This document shows positions 1 through 9,045 of a DNA stretch of 32,000 nt, piece after piece. The position numbers and the translations under genes were made by a program. Each line of letters begins with the position of its first letter. The first letter of the stretch is position 1. This stretch comes from Candidatus Nanoarchaeia archaeon. Its GTDB lineage: Archaea; Nanobdellota; Nanobdellia; Woesearchaeales; JANQNC01. A model generated the notes under the pieces. It made no database searches and was not told the DNA's origin. It saw only the letters and a list, made by a program, of their open reading frames with translations. The stretch covers positions 180,001 through 212,000 of the forward strand of contig JANQNC010000001.1 of the NCBI GenBank assembly GCA_028279745.1. Reading direction: 5' to 3'.

Positions 1-492
1 GGGGTAAGGCATATCAGACTTAGTAAGTTTATTTATTGTTCCCTTGGCACCTATTGTTGAAAGTGAGAATCTTGTATCTTCAACCAATTGTTCATGATCT
101 TTTATTGCTTTGATAACATTTCCACCATAAAGAGGTTCTCCAATGGCCATAAATGCATACTCAACAGACCCCTTTGAAACAACCTTCTTAAGGTTTTCAT
201 CTTGGGCTAATGTTAAAGAAATTTGTTTGTTGATCTCTTTAGAACTAAGAAAGCCATCAAAAGAAGTCATCATGTTCCTACACAAAAGACAGGAATAAAT
301 GCAACCCATCTGGGAGGATAGACAAAGAACATACTCTGGTTTATCATCTTCTCTTCCAGGAATATGCATAAACACACTTTCAATAGAACTTAACCCCTTT
401 GGTTTACCCCCAAGCGCAATTTTTTTGGGAACATCAAAAATATACTTAATTGTCGAATTGTCTTCAGAATAGCTTTTGGCTCTATACTTCAT
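1..492 (-). CDS. radical SAM enzyme, RlmN/Cfr-like; N-terminal 164 codons only, C-terminus lies beyond the window start
   Basis: Not in the ORF track because it runs off the edge. My translation from ATG 492-490: MKYRAKSYSEDNSTIKYIFDVPKKIALGGKPKGLSSIESVFMHIPGREDDKPEYVLCLSSQMGCIYSCLLCRN... It has a CX3CX2C cluster (GCIYSCLLC) preceded by SSQxGC, as in RlmN/Cfr. Confidence 0.55.
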   Translation of the reverse strand, partial: MKYRAKSYSEDNSTIKYIFDVPKKIALGGKPKGLSSIESVFMHIPGREDDKPEYVLCLSSQMGCIYSCLLCRNMMTSFDGFLSSKEINKQISLTLAQDENLKKVVSKGSVEYAFMAIGEPLYGGNVIKAIKDHEQLVEDTRFSLSTIGAKGTINKLTKSDMPYP

Positions 493-512
493 TTAAGAAA
501 AAAAAGAAAAAA

Positions 513-1526
513 TTATTCTCTTCCTGCCAGTACAGCAAAAAGAGTTGTTCCGCAAAGTATAACCAACAGTACAATCAAGATAGTCACTAGAGGATCTAAT
601 CCAGAATCCCTTGTCTTAACACTGTATCTTGTTGTTATGGCATCGCCAGTTGGAGATACAGTAGTTATCGTATTTACGGTTGTTGAATCTGAAGGTGCAA
701 CTGCATTATTAGCTGTATCTTGTTGCGAAAGACTGAACGAACACTGCCCCACATTAATTGTTTTTGTAGCTTCAACAGTCTCGCCAGCATATTCTGCAGA
801 AACCTTAACTAGATGATCCCCAATCACCTTCGTTTCAGGAACTTCAAAAGTAGATTTCTTTACAGTCTTGTATCCTGAATAAACTCTGAATGATGAAGTT
901 TTTTGTTCACCAAACGCTTCAAAAGTTATTGTTCCAGTTTCTTCATTTCTACCTTCATTAACCAAATTTGCTTCTAAGCTTAATGTCTCTCCACACTTAA
1001 CTATGGATTTACTTGGAACTATATCAGAGATTATCAGACTGTGTGCTGGCTTGATAACAACCATGTCAACACTAACACTTGACTTAACATCATCGTTATC
1101 CTCGTCTTCCCCTCTTGCTGTGATCCTTATCCTATGCGAACCGTCTGGCGCATTTGAAGGAATTTGGAAAGTAAATGTGAATTCGTGATCTTCACCATCA
1201 TCAAGATTGTCAACTTCTTCACTTTTAATTATCAGGTCATCAGTTGGACCTTTAAGGTTATCTACATTAATCTCAACAAAGTTATCATCCAGATCCATAC
1301 GCTCAAAAGTGTTTTTTATTGTGACTCTGATTGTGATGTTATCTCCCACTTTAACAGGATCGAAATCTCCCCCATCTTCATCAACATCACTTTGAAAATT
1401 ATCATTAATGTACGCATCTACATCATCAATCTCTAGATCTCCTTCTTCATCTGTTGCTGCAAAAGCAGCTGTCGCAAGCAATAACACTAGAAATGCTGAA
1501 AATAATATTGTTTGTTTCATATACAT
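513..1526 (-). CDS. secreted acidic cell-surface protein with CARDB-like beta-sandwich repeats and a C-terminal TM anchor
   Basis: N-terminal signal (MKQTILFSAFLVLLLATAAFA). Very D/E-rich. Repeated strand-like segments (ITIRVTIKN, HEFTFTFQIP, SHRIRITARG, TLSLEANLVNEG). T/S-rich linker, then the hydrophobic tail LVTILIVLLVILCGTTLFAVLAGRE. Confidence 0.6.
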   Translation of the reverse strand: MYMKQTILFSAFLVLLLATAAFAATDEEGDLEIDDVDAYINDNFQSDVDEDGGDFDPVKVGDNITIRVTIKNTFERMDLDDNFVEINVDNLKGPTDDLIIKSEEVDNLDDGEDHEFTFTFQIPSNAPDGSHRIRITARGEDEDNDDVKSSVSVDMVVIKPAHSLIISDIVPSKSIVKCGETLSLEANLVNEGRNEETGTITFEAFGEQKTSSFRVYSGYKTVKKSTFEVPETKVIGDHLVKVSAEYAGETVEATKTINVGQCSFSLSQQDTANNAVAPSDSTTVNTITTVSPTGDAITTRYSVKTRDSGLDPLVTILIVLLVILCGTTLFAVLAGRE

Positions 1527-1622
1527 TACCCCCTACGGTTAATGAATAATCGGTATTATATATAGTATAAAAATGTTTTGCTATTATAGAGAGGTAACTA
1601 TGTTATCGTTGATAAGTAATGA

Positions 1623-2456
1623 TTATTCAGAAATTTTTGCGACAGTTGTTGAATATTTTGGTTTGAAGACTCTTGCAAAGATTGGTGCCAACTTTTCAGG
1701 TATTAAGGAAGGGTCAGCTATTGCAAATTCTCCAAGGTAAGGAAAGACTTCTCTCTCTAAGAAGTGATTAGCATCATATTTGCTTGCAATCTCAGTAAAT
1801 AAAAATTCTTCAAAACCTATTGAGTTTGAAGGATTATCACAACATTTACCCAGCATTCTTTTTTCATTTTCACCGATTGAATCACTGTTGTATAACTCAT
1901 ATTTTTCTTTTGCATAGCTAAGCAAAGTATTTTTTTCATCTTTAGTTAAGAACTTGTGCCAAATGTCATGGAGGTTTTCGTGGTTTAAAGTTCTAATTGC
2001 AAGCTCAGTTGGAGTGTTCATCCACTCATATACTGCTAGATCCAATGAATCCATAAGTGATTGTGGTACTTGTTCATTTTTACCATGATACTCACCAACT
2101 TTTGCCATTACATTCTCAAGTTTAGACCTTTTATTTTCTTTTTCTCTTAAGAATTTATCACCATTAATTAAAACCATGTCTCCATCTTCCATCGGGAAAT
2201 AGTGTCCACATATGGTATCGCCCAAGTCTTGTGAACAGTAAAAATTATCCTTTAGAACAGCTTTAGCACCATCTGTAAATACATTTAAAGTATCGTTAAG
2301 TTCATGCATCGCCTTGTTAAAAATGTAATCCTGTTTTGAACAGACAACTGAATCCCCATTAACTAAGAATTTTTCTTCAGCTTTAATGCTGGAGTAACCT
2401 ATCAAAACTGATGCAAGTGCAATCAGTACCTTTTTAGAGATGGATCCAGGGTTCAT
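1623..2456 (-). CDS. hypothetical secreted/membrane-anchored protein with an HEXXH motif
   Basis: 277-aa ORF with an N-terminal hydrophobic segment (KKVLIALASVLIGYSSIKA) and an internal NHENLHDIWH. I recognise no family. Confidence 0.5.
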   Translation of the reverse strand: MNPGSISKKVLIALASVLIGYSSIKAEEKFLVNGDSVVCSKQDYIFNKAMHELNDTLNVFTDGAKAVLKDNFYCSQDLGDTICGHYFPMEDGDMVLINGDKFLREKENKRSKLENVMAKVGEYHGKNEQVPQSLMDSLDLAVYEWMNTPTELAIRTLNHENLHDIWHKFLTKDEKNTLLSYAKEKYELYNSDSIGENEKRMLGKCCDNPSNSIGFEEFLFTEIASKYDANHFLEREVFPYLGEFAIADPSLIPEKLAPIFARVFKPKYSTTVAKISE

Positions 2457-2567
2457 TATAAAACGTATATTTCTGTTATTTATAAACCTTTCTATTTTTT
2501 ATCACTATTGAGTGGTTATATGGCCTTTTTGATTAACTTTTTAAATAATCAAGTTTAAGCACAGATT

Positions 2568-3449
2568 ATGCTAGAAAACGAAGACAAATGGATACAAGCA
2601 GGAAAGATAACAGGCGAAGCATTAGCTTTTGGAAAAACATTAGTAAAACCAGATGCTAAAATTCTAGATGTTGCAAACCAGATTGAAGAAAAGATAAGAG
2701 AGTTGGGAGGAGAGATAGCATTCCCAGTAAATATTTCTTTTAGTACAACTGCAGCACATGATACCCCCGCACCAGATGACGAAAGAGTTTTCGGAGAAGA
2801 GATAATCAAACTAGATTGTGGAGCGCATGTAGAGGGATGCATAGGCGACTCAGCATTAACAGTAGACTTAACCAAACAAAATGAAGATTTACTGAAAGCA
2901 TCACGAAATGCAGTGAATGCTGCTTTGAAAATTGCTATACCAGGCACAACACTAGGACAGATGGGAGAAGTGATAAATTCAGAGATAGAAGCGTTGGGGT
3001 TTAGACCTGTTGTAAATTTATCAGGACACTCACTAGATGAATATGATTTACATGCAGGAGCATCAATACCAAACTATGACAACAAAGATGATTCTGAATT
3101 AGAGGAAGATGACACAATCGCAATAGAACCATTCGCGACAACAGGGGCAGGAAAAGTTGTAGATGGATCAAACCCAAATATATTCTCTTTAACTGGAATC
3201 AAACCAGTAAGATCTGACTCATCAAGAATGTTCTTGAAACAAGCAGCACAATTCACAACATTACCATTTGCAAAAAGATGGATACAGATGCCTGCAATGA
3301 AAATAAACTTAGCAGTTGCTGAACTAAGTAATTTGGGAATACTTCATAGATATCCTCCACTGGTTGAAAAAGAAAAAGGTTTAGTAAGTCAAGCAGAACA
3401 TTCTGTTATTGTTAAGGATAAACCTATTATTACAACTAAAGTTGATTAG
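2568..3449 (+). CDS. map: methionine aminopeptidase, type 2 (archaeal)
   Basis: 293 aa. Pita-bread signature segments: FPVNISFSTTAAHDTP, KLDCGAHVEGCIGDSALTV, NLSGHSL, AIEPFATTG, QAEHSVIV. TATA tttaaata at 2540-2547 ends 21 nt before the ATG. Confidence 0.9.
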   Translation: MLENEDKWIQAGKITGEALAFGKTLVKPDAKILDVANQIEEKIRELGGEIAFPVNISFSTTAAHDTPAPDDERVFGEEIIKLDCGAHVEGCIGDSALTVDLTKQNEDLLKASRNAVNAALKIAIPGTTLGQMGEVINSEIEALGFRPVVNLSGHSLDEYDLHAGASIPNYDNKDDSELEEDDTIAIEPFATTGAGKVVDGSNPNIFSLTGIKPVRSDSSRMFLKQAAQFTTLPFAKRWIQMPAMKINLAVAELSNLGILHRYPPLVEKEKGLVSQAEHSVIVKDKPIITTKVD

Positions 3450-3637
3450 GGTTCTTTACATGAACAACATTGCCAAACTTTGCATAGCTTAGGTCTTCTG
3501 GGATAGATAGAGCATGAATTATCTTTAAGGAGTTTACACACTTTGTTGAACATAAGAGTTTTTGTGTGAAGTGAAATCCTAATCCTGTCTTCAAAAGACA
3601 GTTGTTTACAACATTCAGCACATCTTTTGCAAGGCAT
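3446..3637 (-). CDS. YkgJ-family CxxCxxCC cysteine-cluster (zinc/iron-chelating) small protein
   Basis: MPCKRCAECCKQ... plus C-terminal CSIYPRRPKLCKVWQC. The ORF track starts at 3721, but the internal ATG at 3637 lies about 21 nt downstream of an A/T TATA-like box (leaderless pattern). Confidence 0.6.
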   Translation of the reverse strand: MPCKRCAECCKQLSFEDRIRISLHTKTLMFNKVCKLLKDNSCSIYPRRPKLCKVWQCCSCKEP

Positions 3638-3732
3638 GATAAAAACTTCATGCTGATTAAATAAATATTTATTCTGGGATATACACGTATAATAAGATAA
3701 GTTTAAATATAAAACACGCATTTCACGCTTTT

Positions 3733-4263
3733 ATGAGAAAAGAAAAGATAGAGACACCAAAGTACGAGCCAGGGATACATTATGGAGATCAGTACAAGTT
3801 TGACAAATACGATAAACTAATTCTGAAAGAATTGGATGAGAATGCAAGAAAATCTTTAGCAGAATTAAGCAAGAGAGTAGGACTGTCAAGGGATGCAATA
3901 AGAAACAGGATAAAAAAGTTAGTAGATGCAAAAGTTATCGAAGCATTTAAGCCAATCTACAACACGCCAAACATGGGTTTTCCGGTGATAAACTATGTCG
4001 TAATATCTTTGTATAATCCAAGCGAAGAAAAAGAAAAAGAGTTATTGAAATTTCTAAAGAACAATAAGAATGTAACTTATATTGGAACAATTATGGGCAA
4101 ATGGGATCTGATAATTGACATAATGGCAGAAAACCAAGGACAGTTTGACAGAATAATGAAAAACATAAGACAAAAATTTCCTGATTTGATCAAAGATTAT
4201 GAGATATTTGGCGTATTGCAGGAATACAAATATGAAGAGATTGGAAGACTAATTTATGACTGA
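3733..4263 (+). CDS. Lrp/AsnC-family transcriptional regulator
   Basis: HTH region YDKLILKELDENARKSLAELSKRVGLSRDAIRNRIKKLVDAKVI followed by a RAM-like C-domain. TATA 3702-3709 ends 24 nt before the ATG. Confidence 0.85.
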   Translation: MRKEKIETPKYEPGIHYGDQYKFDKYDKLILKELDENARKSLAELSKRVGLSRDAIRNRIKKLVDAKVIEAFKPIYNTPNMGFPVINYVVISLYNPSEEKEKELLKFLKNNKNVTYIGTIMGKWDLIIDIMAENQGQFDRIMKNIRQKFPDLIKDYEIFGVLQEYKYEEIGRLIYD

Positions 4264-4267
4264 TTCT

Positions 4268-4294
4268 GGTAGCAAAGATTTAAATATCACTACC
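4268..4294. promoter_or_regulatory. inverted repeat GGTAG-N17-CTACC bracketing the TATA box of the SLT/LysM gene
   Basis: ggtag (4268-4272) and ctacc (4290-4294) flank atttaaata (4278-4286). That TATA ends 25 nt before ATG 4311. The site lies just downstream of the Lrp/AsnC gene. Confidence 0.4.
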
Positions 4295-4310
4295 GCAAAA
4301 TGGTGTCAAT

Positions 4311-5750
4311 ATGAGCGAGGATAGTAAATCTGGAAATAGAAAAAAAACTGTTAAGAAAAAAGCAGCTAAAAACAAGACTGCAAAGAAGAAAACAGACAAG
4401 AAAAAGCTAAACATAGCTGGGACATTAGAAAGACAGATGAGAGCTGCTGAAACCAAAGGAGCTCCAAAATTTATTCTAGAAGAAGATGACAAACCAAAAG
4501 AAGCATTTGTTGAATTTCCAAAATATACCCCGCCTGAAAACAAGAATTGGATTGAAAGATTAAAAGAAAATGCGCTTGCTAAGATAGGCATAGGGATTGC
4601 TTCAGCAGCTCTTTTAATATCATCATACAACTTCTTCAACAAACCAAAAGAGATCATAAAAGAAAAAGAAACAATAAAACCAGTAACAGTACAAGTTACA
4701 AAACCTCAACCATTCAAGTTCAAAGGATTGGAGCCTGGCGTGGAGTTCTGGAAAAGGGTTTTCACTTTAGATACTTCTCTCTCATTAGTATATGATAGAA
4801 AAACATACTTTGTATACGGAACAGTTCCAGCAAAAGTAGAAAGCCTAGCAGCAGAAATTGTAAGAGTAAGATTAGAGGATTTGGGAAACAAAGTAATGAT
4901 AAGAAGAGATAGAAAACCTCCTGCAGAATACATCGAATCGCCAGACATAATCTTATCAACAAAGTGGGGGATGAAACAAGGAACAGAAGCAGCAATAAAA
5001 CGATCAAGAAAATACAAGTTCATAGAAGACACACTAAAAGCTTACAGCTTAGAACCCGATCTAAAATGGCTTCCAAGAGTAGAGAGTGAGTACAACAACA
5101 TAGCAAGATCAATCAAAGGTGCAGGAGGACTTTGGCAATTTATGCCTTCAACAGCAAGAATGTTTGGGTTGACAGTAAGAAAAGGAAAAGATCAAAGACT
5201 GTGGCCAAAAAAAGCAACATCCTCATTTGCACAATACATGAGAAGCATACTAAGAAAGTTCGGTTATGATTATGGGTTGGCACTAACAGGATATAACCAT
5301 GGAGAATACGGACTAAGACTAAAACTAGAATCAGTAAACGGCAGAGAGTTAAAAGATGTACTTCCACTTTTAGGATTTGCATCAGCAAATTTTTACGTGG
5401 AATTTTTAGCAGCAGCAGATGTTTGTAACAATTACAAAGTCTATGGATTAGATGCAGATCCAGAAAAAGAACCAACACCTGCTGTAGAATACATCACAAA
5501 AACAGAACCCGAAAGAATACCTTTAAGTCCTCTTGAAAAACACATCTTTCCATTCCAAGAAGCAGATGAAGAGCATACAAACATTCCTGAAGTAGGAGTT
5601 CCTGAAATATATGTTGTCAAAAGAGGGGATGCTTTGGAAAGAATAGCGCACGAGTATAATGTTAAACTAGCTGATCTGATGAAATTTAACAATCTAAAGA
5701 ATCATAACATAGACGTAAATGATACCTTAAGAATACCTCCAATGGACTAG
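4311..5750 (+). CDS. membrane-anchored lytic transglycosylase (SLT domain) with C-terminal LysM
   Basis: K-rich N-terminus and one TM segment (IGIGIASAALLISSYNFF). SLT catalytic motif ESEYNNIARSIKGAGGLWQFMPSTARMFGL. C-terminal LysM: YVVKRGDALERIAHEYNVKLADLMKFNNLKNHNIDVNDTLRIP. Confidence 0.75.
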   Translation: MSEDSKSGNRKKTVKKKAAKNKTAKKKTDKKKLNIAGTLERQMRAAETKGAPKFILEEDDKPKEAFVEFPKYTPPENKNWIERLKENALAKIGIGIASAALLISSYNFFNKPKEIIKEKETIKPVTVQVTKPQPFKFKGLEPGVEFWKRVFTLDTSLSLVYDRKTYFVYGTVPAKVESLAAEIVRVRLEDLGNKVMIRRDRKPPAEYIESPDIILSTKWGMKQGTEAAIKRSRKYKFIEDTLKAYSLEPDLKWLPRVESEYNNIARSIKGAGGLWQFMPSTARMFGLTVRKGKDQRLWPKKATSSFAQYMRSILRKFGYDYGLALTGYNHGEYGLRLKLESVNGRELKDVLPLLGFASANFYVEFLAAADVCNNYKVYGLDADPEKEPTPAVEYITKTEPERIPLSPLEKHIFPFQEADEEHTNIPEVGVPEIYVVKRGDALERIAHEYNVKLADLMKFNNLKNHNIDVNDTLRIPPMD

Positions 5751-6325
5751 ACAACTGTTACGCCTTCAGCAACATCTTCAAACTCATCTTCTTGTTTGTC
5801 TTTAATAACATCGATCATTTCTTTCACTACTGATTCCAATCTTTTAAGTTCGTGCTTAAGTCTGGAAAACTTAACCCCATACTTATCCTTTAAAACGTAG
5901 GTTGAAAGTATGGCAGAAGCTTCATACACCTCTAAAGACTCTTCAGATAAATTTGATCTTTCAATAAAGTACATCAACTGGAAATTAGTAAGCTTTTCAG
6001 CATCTGCCTTTTGAGCCACTATCGAATAGGTGTTGCAAACATAGTTACAACAACTAATAATTTCATCTAATGCCTTTGTGCCAGTTGCTGCTTCGTAAGC
6101 TTTTATTTCGTCATCTTCTCTTAACTTTTCAATAACACTTATTAGACTGTCTGATCTTTCATAAATGCTGTCTTTGTAAACTTGAGCTATACTGTCTACG
6201 GTGTAATTATATTTAGCAATCGCGCCAAGAGTCATATCAAGCTGAGTAGGTTTTGTTAAGTTAAAATACAACAACGCAGAAACACCTAGTGCAGCTGCTG
6301 TTTTAAAAATTGTCTTAAACTTCAT
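5747..6325 (-). CDS. hypothetical helical protein with N-terminal signal/anchor
   Basis: 192-aa ORF with N-terminal MKFKTIFKTAAALGVSALLYF. A consensus BRE/TATA ends 23 nt before the ATG. The stop codon overlaps the stop of the convergent SLT gene. Confidence 0.5.
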   Translation of the reverse strand: MKFKTIFKTAAALGVSALLYFNLTKPTQLDMTLGAIAKYNYTVDSIAQVYKDSIYERSDSLISVIEKLREDDEIKAYEAATGTKALDEIISCCNYVCNTYSIVAQKADAEKLTNFQLMYFIERSNLSEESLEVYEASAILSTYVLKDKYGVKFSRLKHELKRLESVVKEMIDVIKDKQEDEFEDVAEGVTVV

Positions 6326-6347
6326 TTGTAATGAAAACTAGGTTAAT

Positions 6348-6363
6348 TATATAAATGTTTCAG
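6348..6363 (-). promoter_or_regulatory. BRE/TATA promoter (leaderless) of 5747-6325
   Basis: The reverse complement reads ctgaaacaTTTATATA and ends 23 nt before ATG 6325. Confidence 0.55.
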
Positions 6364-6368
6364 AAGAG

Positions 6369-7607
6369 TTAAAAACTGTCTAACTTGACTTTTTCTTCCT
6401 TGCCAGACTCTAAATCTCTAACGGTAACTTTCTTTTCAGCCAAATCTTTTTCACCGATGATTATTGCTTTCTTTGCGTTTATGGCAGAAGCATAGTTAAG
6501 CTGTTTTCCTAAGCTTCGTTTCATCATCTCAATCTCAACAGAATGTTTCTTCCTAAGTTTTTTTGCAATCTTTAATGCAGCAGGCAAGACAGATTCAGAA
6601 ATTGCTGCAATAAAATAATCCGGAGCAGTATCAACTTCAGGTAATCTTTCTAGTTCAGTCAGGTAAAGAGTAAGAGTTTCTGTGCCTATAGCCATGCCAG
6701 TTGCAGGACATTTCTCTCCGCCAAAAGATTCGATCATATCATCATATCTTCCACCACCACATAAAGATCTAAGTTTTCCGTTAGCGTCAACTGCCTCAAA
6801 AATAGTTCCAGTGTAATAACCCAACCCTCTAATGATAGACACATCAAACTCAACAAACTTATTATCAGTGAAGTCTAAAACTTTTCTAAGCTCCTCAACA
6901 CCTTCAGTAGAAAGTTCGTTAAGGTTTAATCCATCAAGCTCTTCAAGTTTAGTTATTTCTAATATAGGAATTATCTCTTTTATGTTTAACAGTTCACAAT
7001 CCGCTGCAAACTGAGCTTTTGTCAATTTCTTTTTTTTGTCAATAAGCCTTAAAGCTTCATCAAGTTTCTTCTCACCAACCATCTCAGTCAAGATACCTTG
7101 TAGAATTTTTCTGTTGTTGACCTTAACTTTAACTTCTTTACTTGTAACTTTCAGCTCTTTGAAAAAATCAACTATCACCGATATAACTTCAGCATCAGCC
7201 AAAGGCGATTTTGAACCAAATAATTCAACACCTAGCTGATAAAACTCTCTAAGTCTTCCTTTCTGTGGAGCCTCATACCTCCACAATCTTCCAGAATAAC
7301 TCCACTTTATGGGCTTAGGAGCCTCTTTTTGGATATCAATAAACATCCTGGCAGTTGATGCAGTGTATTCAGGTCGTAAAGCAAACTCTTCATCTCCACG
7401 TTTTTTCAACATGAAAATCTGTTCTGCTAATTCAGGACCTGATTTAGAACTTAACAGATCAAAATGTTCAAATGCAGGAGTTTCTATCTCATTAAAGTTA
7501 TATCTTGATGTGACTTTTTGAAAAATCTGAACTAACTTATTATGTATGGATCTTTCCTCAGGAAACAAGTCTTTAGTACCTTTAGGTCTTTGAAACTTCA
7601 TAAACAT
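6369..7607 (-). CDS. hisS: histidine--tRNA ligase
   Basis: Class II aaRS motifs: RPKGTKDLFPEE, FALRPEYTASTARMF, WRYEAPQKGRLREFYQLGVELFG, GGGRYDDM, AIGTE. TATA rc(7625-7632) is 24 nt from the third-codon ATG (7601), so the true start may be 7601. Confidence 0.9.
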   Translation of the reverse strand: MFMKFQRPKGTKDLFPEERSIHNKLVQIFQKVTSRYNFNEIETPAFEHFDLLSSKSGPELAEQIFMLKKRGDEEFALRPEYTASTARMFIDIQKEAPKPIKWSYSGRLWRYEAPQKGRLREFYQLGVELFGSKSPLADAEVISVIVDFFKELKVTSKEVKVKVNNRKILQGILTEMVGEKKLDEALRLIDKKKKLTKAQFAADCELLNIKEIIPILEITKLEELDGLNLNELSTEGVEELRKVLDFTDNKFVEFDVSIIRGLGYYTGTIFEAVDANGKLRSLCGGGRYDDMIESFGGEKCPATGMAIGTETLTLYLTELERLPEVDTAPDYFIAAISESVLPAALKIAKKLRKKHSVEIEMMKRSLGKQLNYASAINAKKAIIIGEKDLAEKKVTVRDLESGKEEKVKLDSF

Positions 7608-7640
7608 AATATCTTGATTCTTAGTATTTAAATGTTATCC

Positions 7641-8744
7641 TTACCTAATAACATTTACACCTTTAGCATTAAGAATCCTTTCAACAGAATCATCAATCCT
7701 TTCTTCTTTGATCTCTCCTTCAATAACTGCTTTCTCGACAACAGAAATCATGTGCTCAAGGTTATCCAGATTAATATCAAAATTAAGAATAACATCATTT
7801 TCTGCCTTAAACAAATCTATGTACATCTGGTCAACATCAGAATAATAATCACTTAAACCAAGCATCCTGATCTCATCAGTAATGATCAAACCAGTAAACT
7901 TATTTCTTAATTCCCCAATTAATTTCTCAGAAACTACTGAAGGCTTATTTTCTGAATTCGCATATCCATCCGCAATTATATGAGAGACCATTATTGCAGA
8001 AACTTCTCCTTCAATACTCTTCTCAAAAGGCATAAGGTCATTACGGGAGATTGGAGCATGAACAACATATTTATGAGGATCCCAAAGCATCAAAGTTTTA
8101 CCAGGATAGTGTTTGGAGGTTGCAACTATACCATTTTCCTGCAAACCATCTATGTAATACTTCGCTTTTTCAGAAATCTCTTCAGGAGAACCCTCAAAAC
8201 TTCTACACTTCCAGATCTTATCATCAAGATCTACTACTGGTGCAAAGTTTATACTGAAACCCATCTCCTTGAGAAGTTTTCCTTCATCATAGCCAACCTT
8301 AAACGCCTCTTCTTTTGTATTAATTTCATTCAATGCAGGAAACTCCTGAAAGTTTTCAAAAGGATTAGCGCAACCTTCTAAATCAACTGAAATAAACATA
8401 GGAATTATACTCCCATCTTGAAAGTTATCAATTGAATTCATGAATTCTTCTTTTGAAGTCTTAGCACCCATGTGGATGCCACCTATAAACAAATCCTGCA
8501 ACCTTTCTTTATTAGTTTCTTTATGATATGTTATTACCATCTGAGCAATTTTCTGTTTGAGTGTCAAAGAATCCAGATAAAGTGTGTTTGTGCTTTCTTC
8601 ATACTGAATATTGTCGGTATTTGCAGCTTCACCCGAGACACCATAGCTGTCAAAATTAAAAAATATAAGAATAATCACAACTACAACAAGAACTATCATC
8701 AATTTAACATCTTTAGACATATCCTCAGATAATTTTGACATCAT
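7641..8744 (-). CDS. glycoside hydrolase family 3 N-terminal-domain protein (beta-N-acetylhexosaminidase/NagZ-like), membrane-anchored
   Basis: N-terminal TM (LMIVLVVVVIILIF). GH3-like segments: FISVDLEG, NFAPVVDLDDKIWKCRSFEGSPEE, KHYPGKT, IMVSHI, GLIITDEIRMLG. Confidence 0.7.
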   Translation of the reverse strand: MMSKLSEDMSKDVKLMIVLVVVVIILIFFNFDSYGVSGEAANTDNIQYEESTNTLYLDSLTLKQKIAQMVITYHKETNKERLQDLFIGGIHMGAKTSKEEFMNSIDNFQDGSIIPMFISVDLEGCANPFENFQEFPALNEINTKEEAFKVGYDEGKLLKEMGFSINFAPVVDLDDKIWKCRSFEGSPEEISEKAKYYIDGLQENGIVATSKHYPGKTLMLWDPHKYVVHAPISRNDLMPFEKSIEGEVSAIMVSHIIADGYANSENKPSVVSEKLIGELRNKFTGLIITDEIRMLGLSDYYSDVDQMYIDLFKAENDVILNFDINLDNLEHMISVVEKAVIEGEIKEERIDDSVERILNAKGVNVIR

Positions 8745-9045
8745 ACCCTCCCACCTTACAATAGTTCAAAGCGTTTGCGTTTACAACATAATATCTTTCA
8801 GAACTTTCTGAGGTGTAACATCTATAGTCTTTAGATGTTTTTTTACACTCTAACTGTTTCTGAACTTCGTAACAACAACCATCAATAGGAATATCATTAC
8901 TAACTCCCGAGTTTACAAAATAACACTCTGCATCTGATAAGTCAGCAACAGAACTGCCAGTAATCGATAGTGGTTTCATAAGGTTTACAGATAGAATAAG
9001 GATTGCAATAGCTAAAAATATATTCACTGTCTTAATAACCTTCAT
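8725..9045 (-). CDS. small secreted 6-Cys protein
   Basis: The ORF track starts at 9069, but that ATG lies inside a TATA box, rc(9069-9076). The ATG at 9045 (MKVIKTVNIFLAIAILILSV..) is 24 nt downstream of it. The mature part has 6 Cys. The 3' end overlaps the GH3 start by 20 nt. Confidence 0.45.
   Translation of the reverse strand: MKVIKTVNIFLAIAILILSVNLMKPLSITGSSVADLSDAECYFVNSGVSNDIPIDGCCYEVQKQLECKKTSKDYRCYTSESSERYYVVNANALNYCKVGGYDVKII

Noticed and set aside
513-620. The C-terminal hydrophobic tail of the acidic surface protein as a PGF-CTERM/archaeosortase sorting signal.
   Set aside because: The sequence reads SGLDPLVTILIVLLVILCGTTLFAVLAGRE. There is no PGF (or PEF/VPXXXP) tripeptide, and no archaeosortase gene is in the window.
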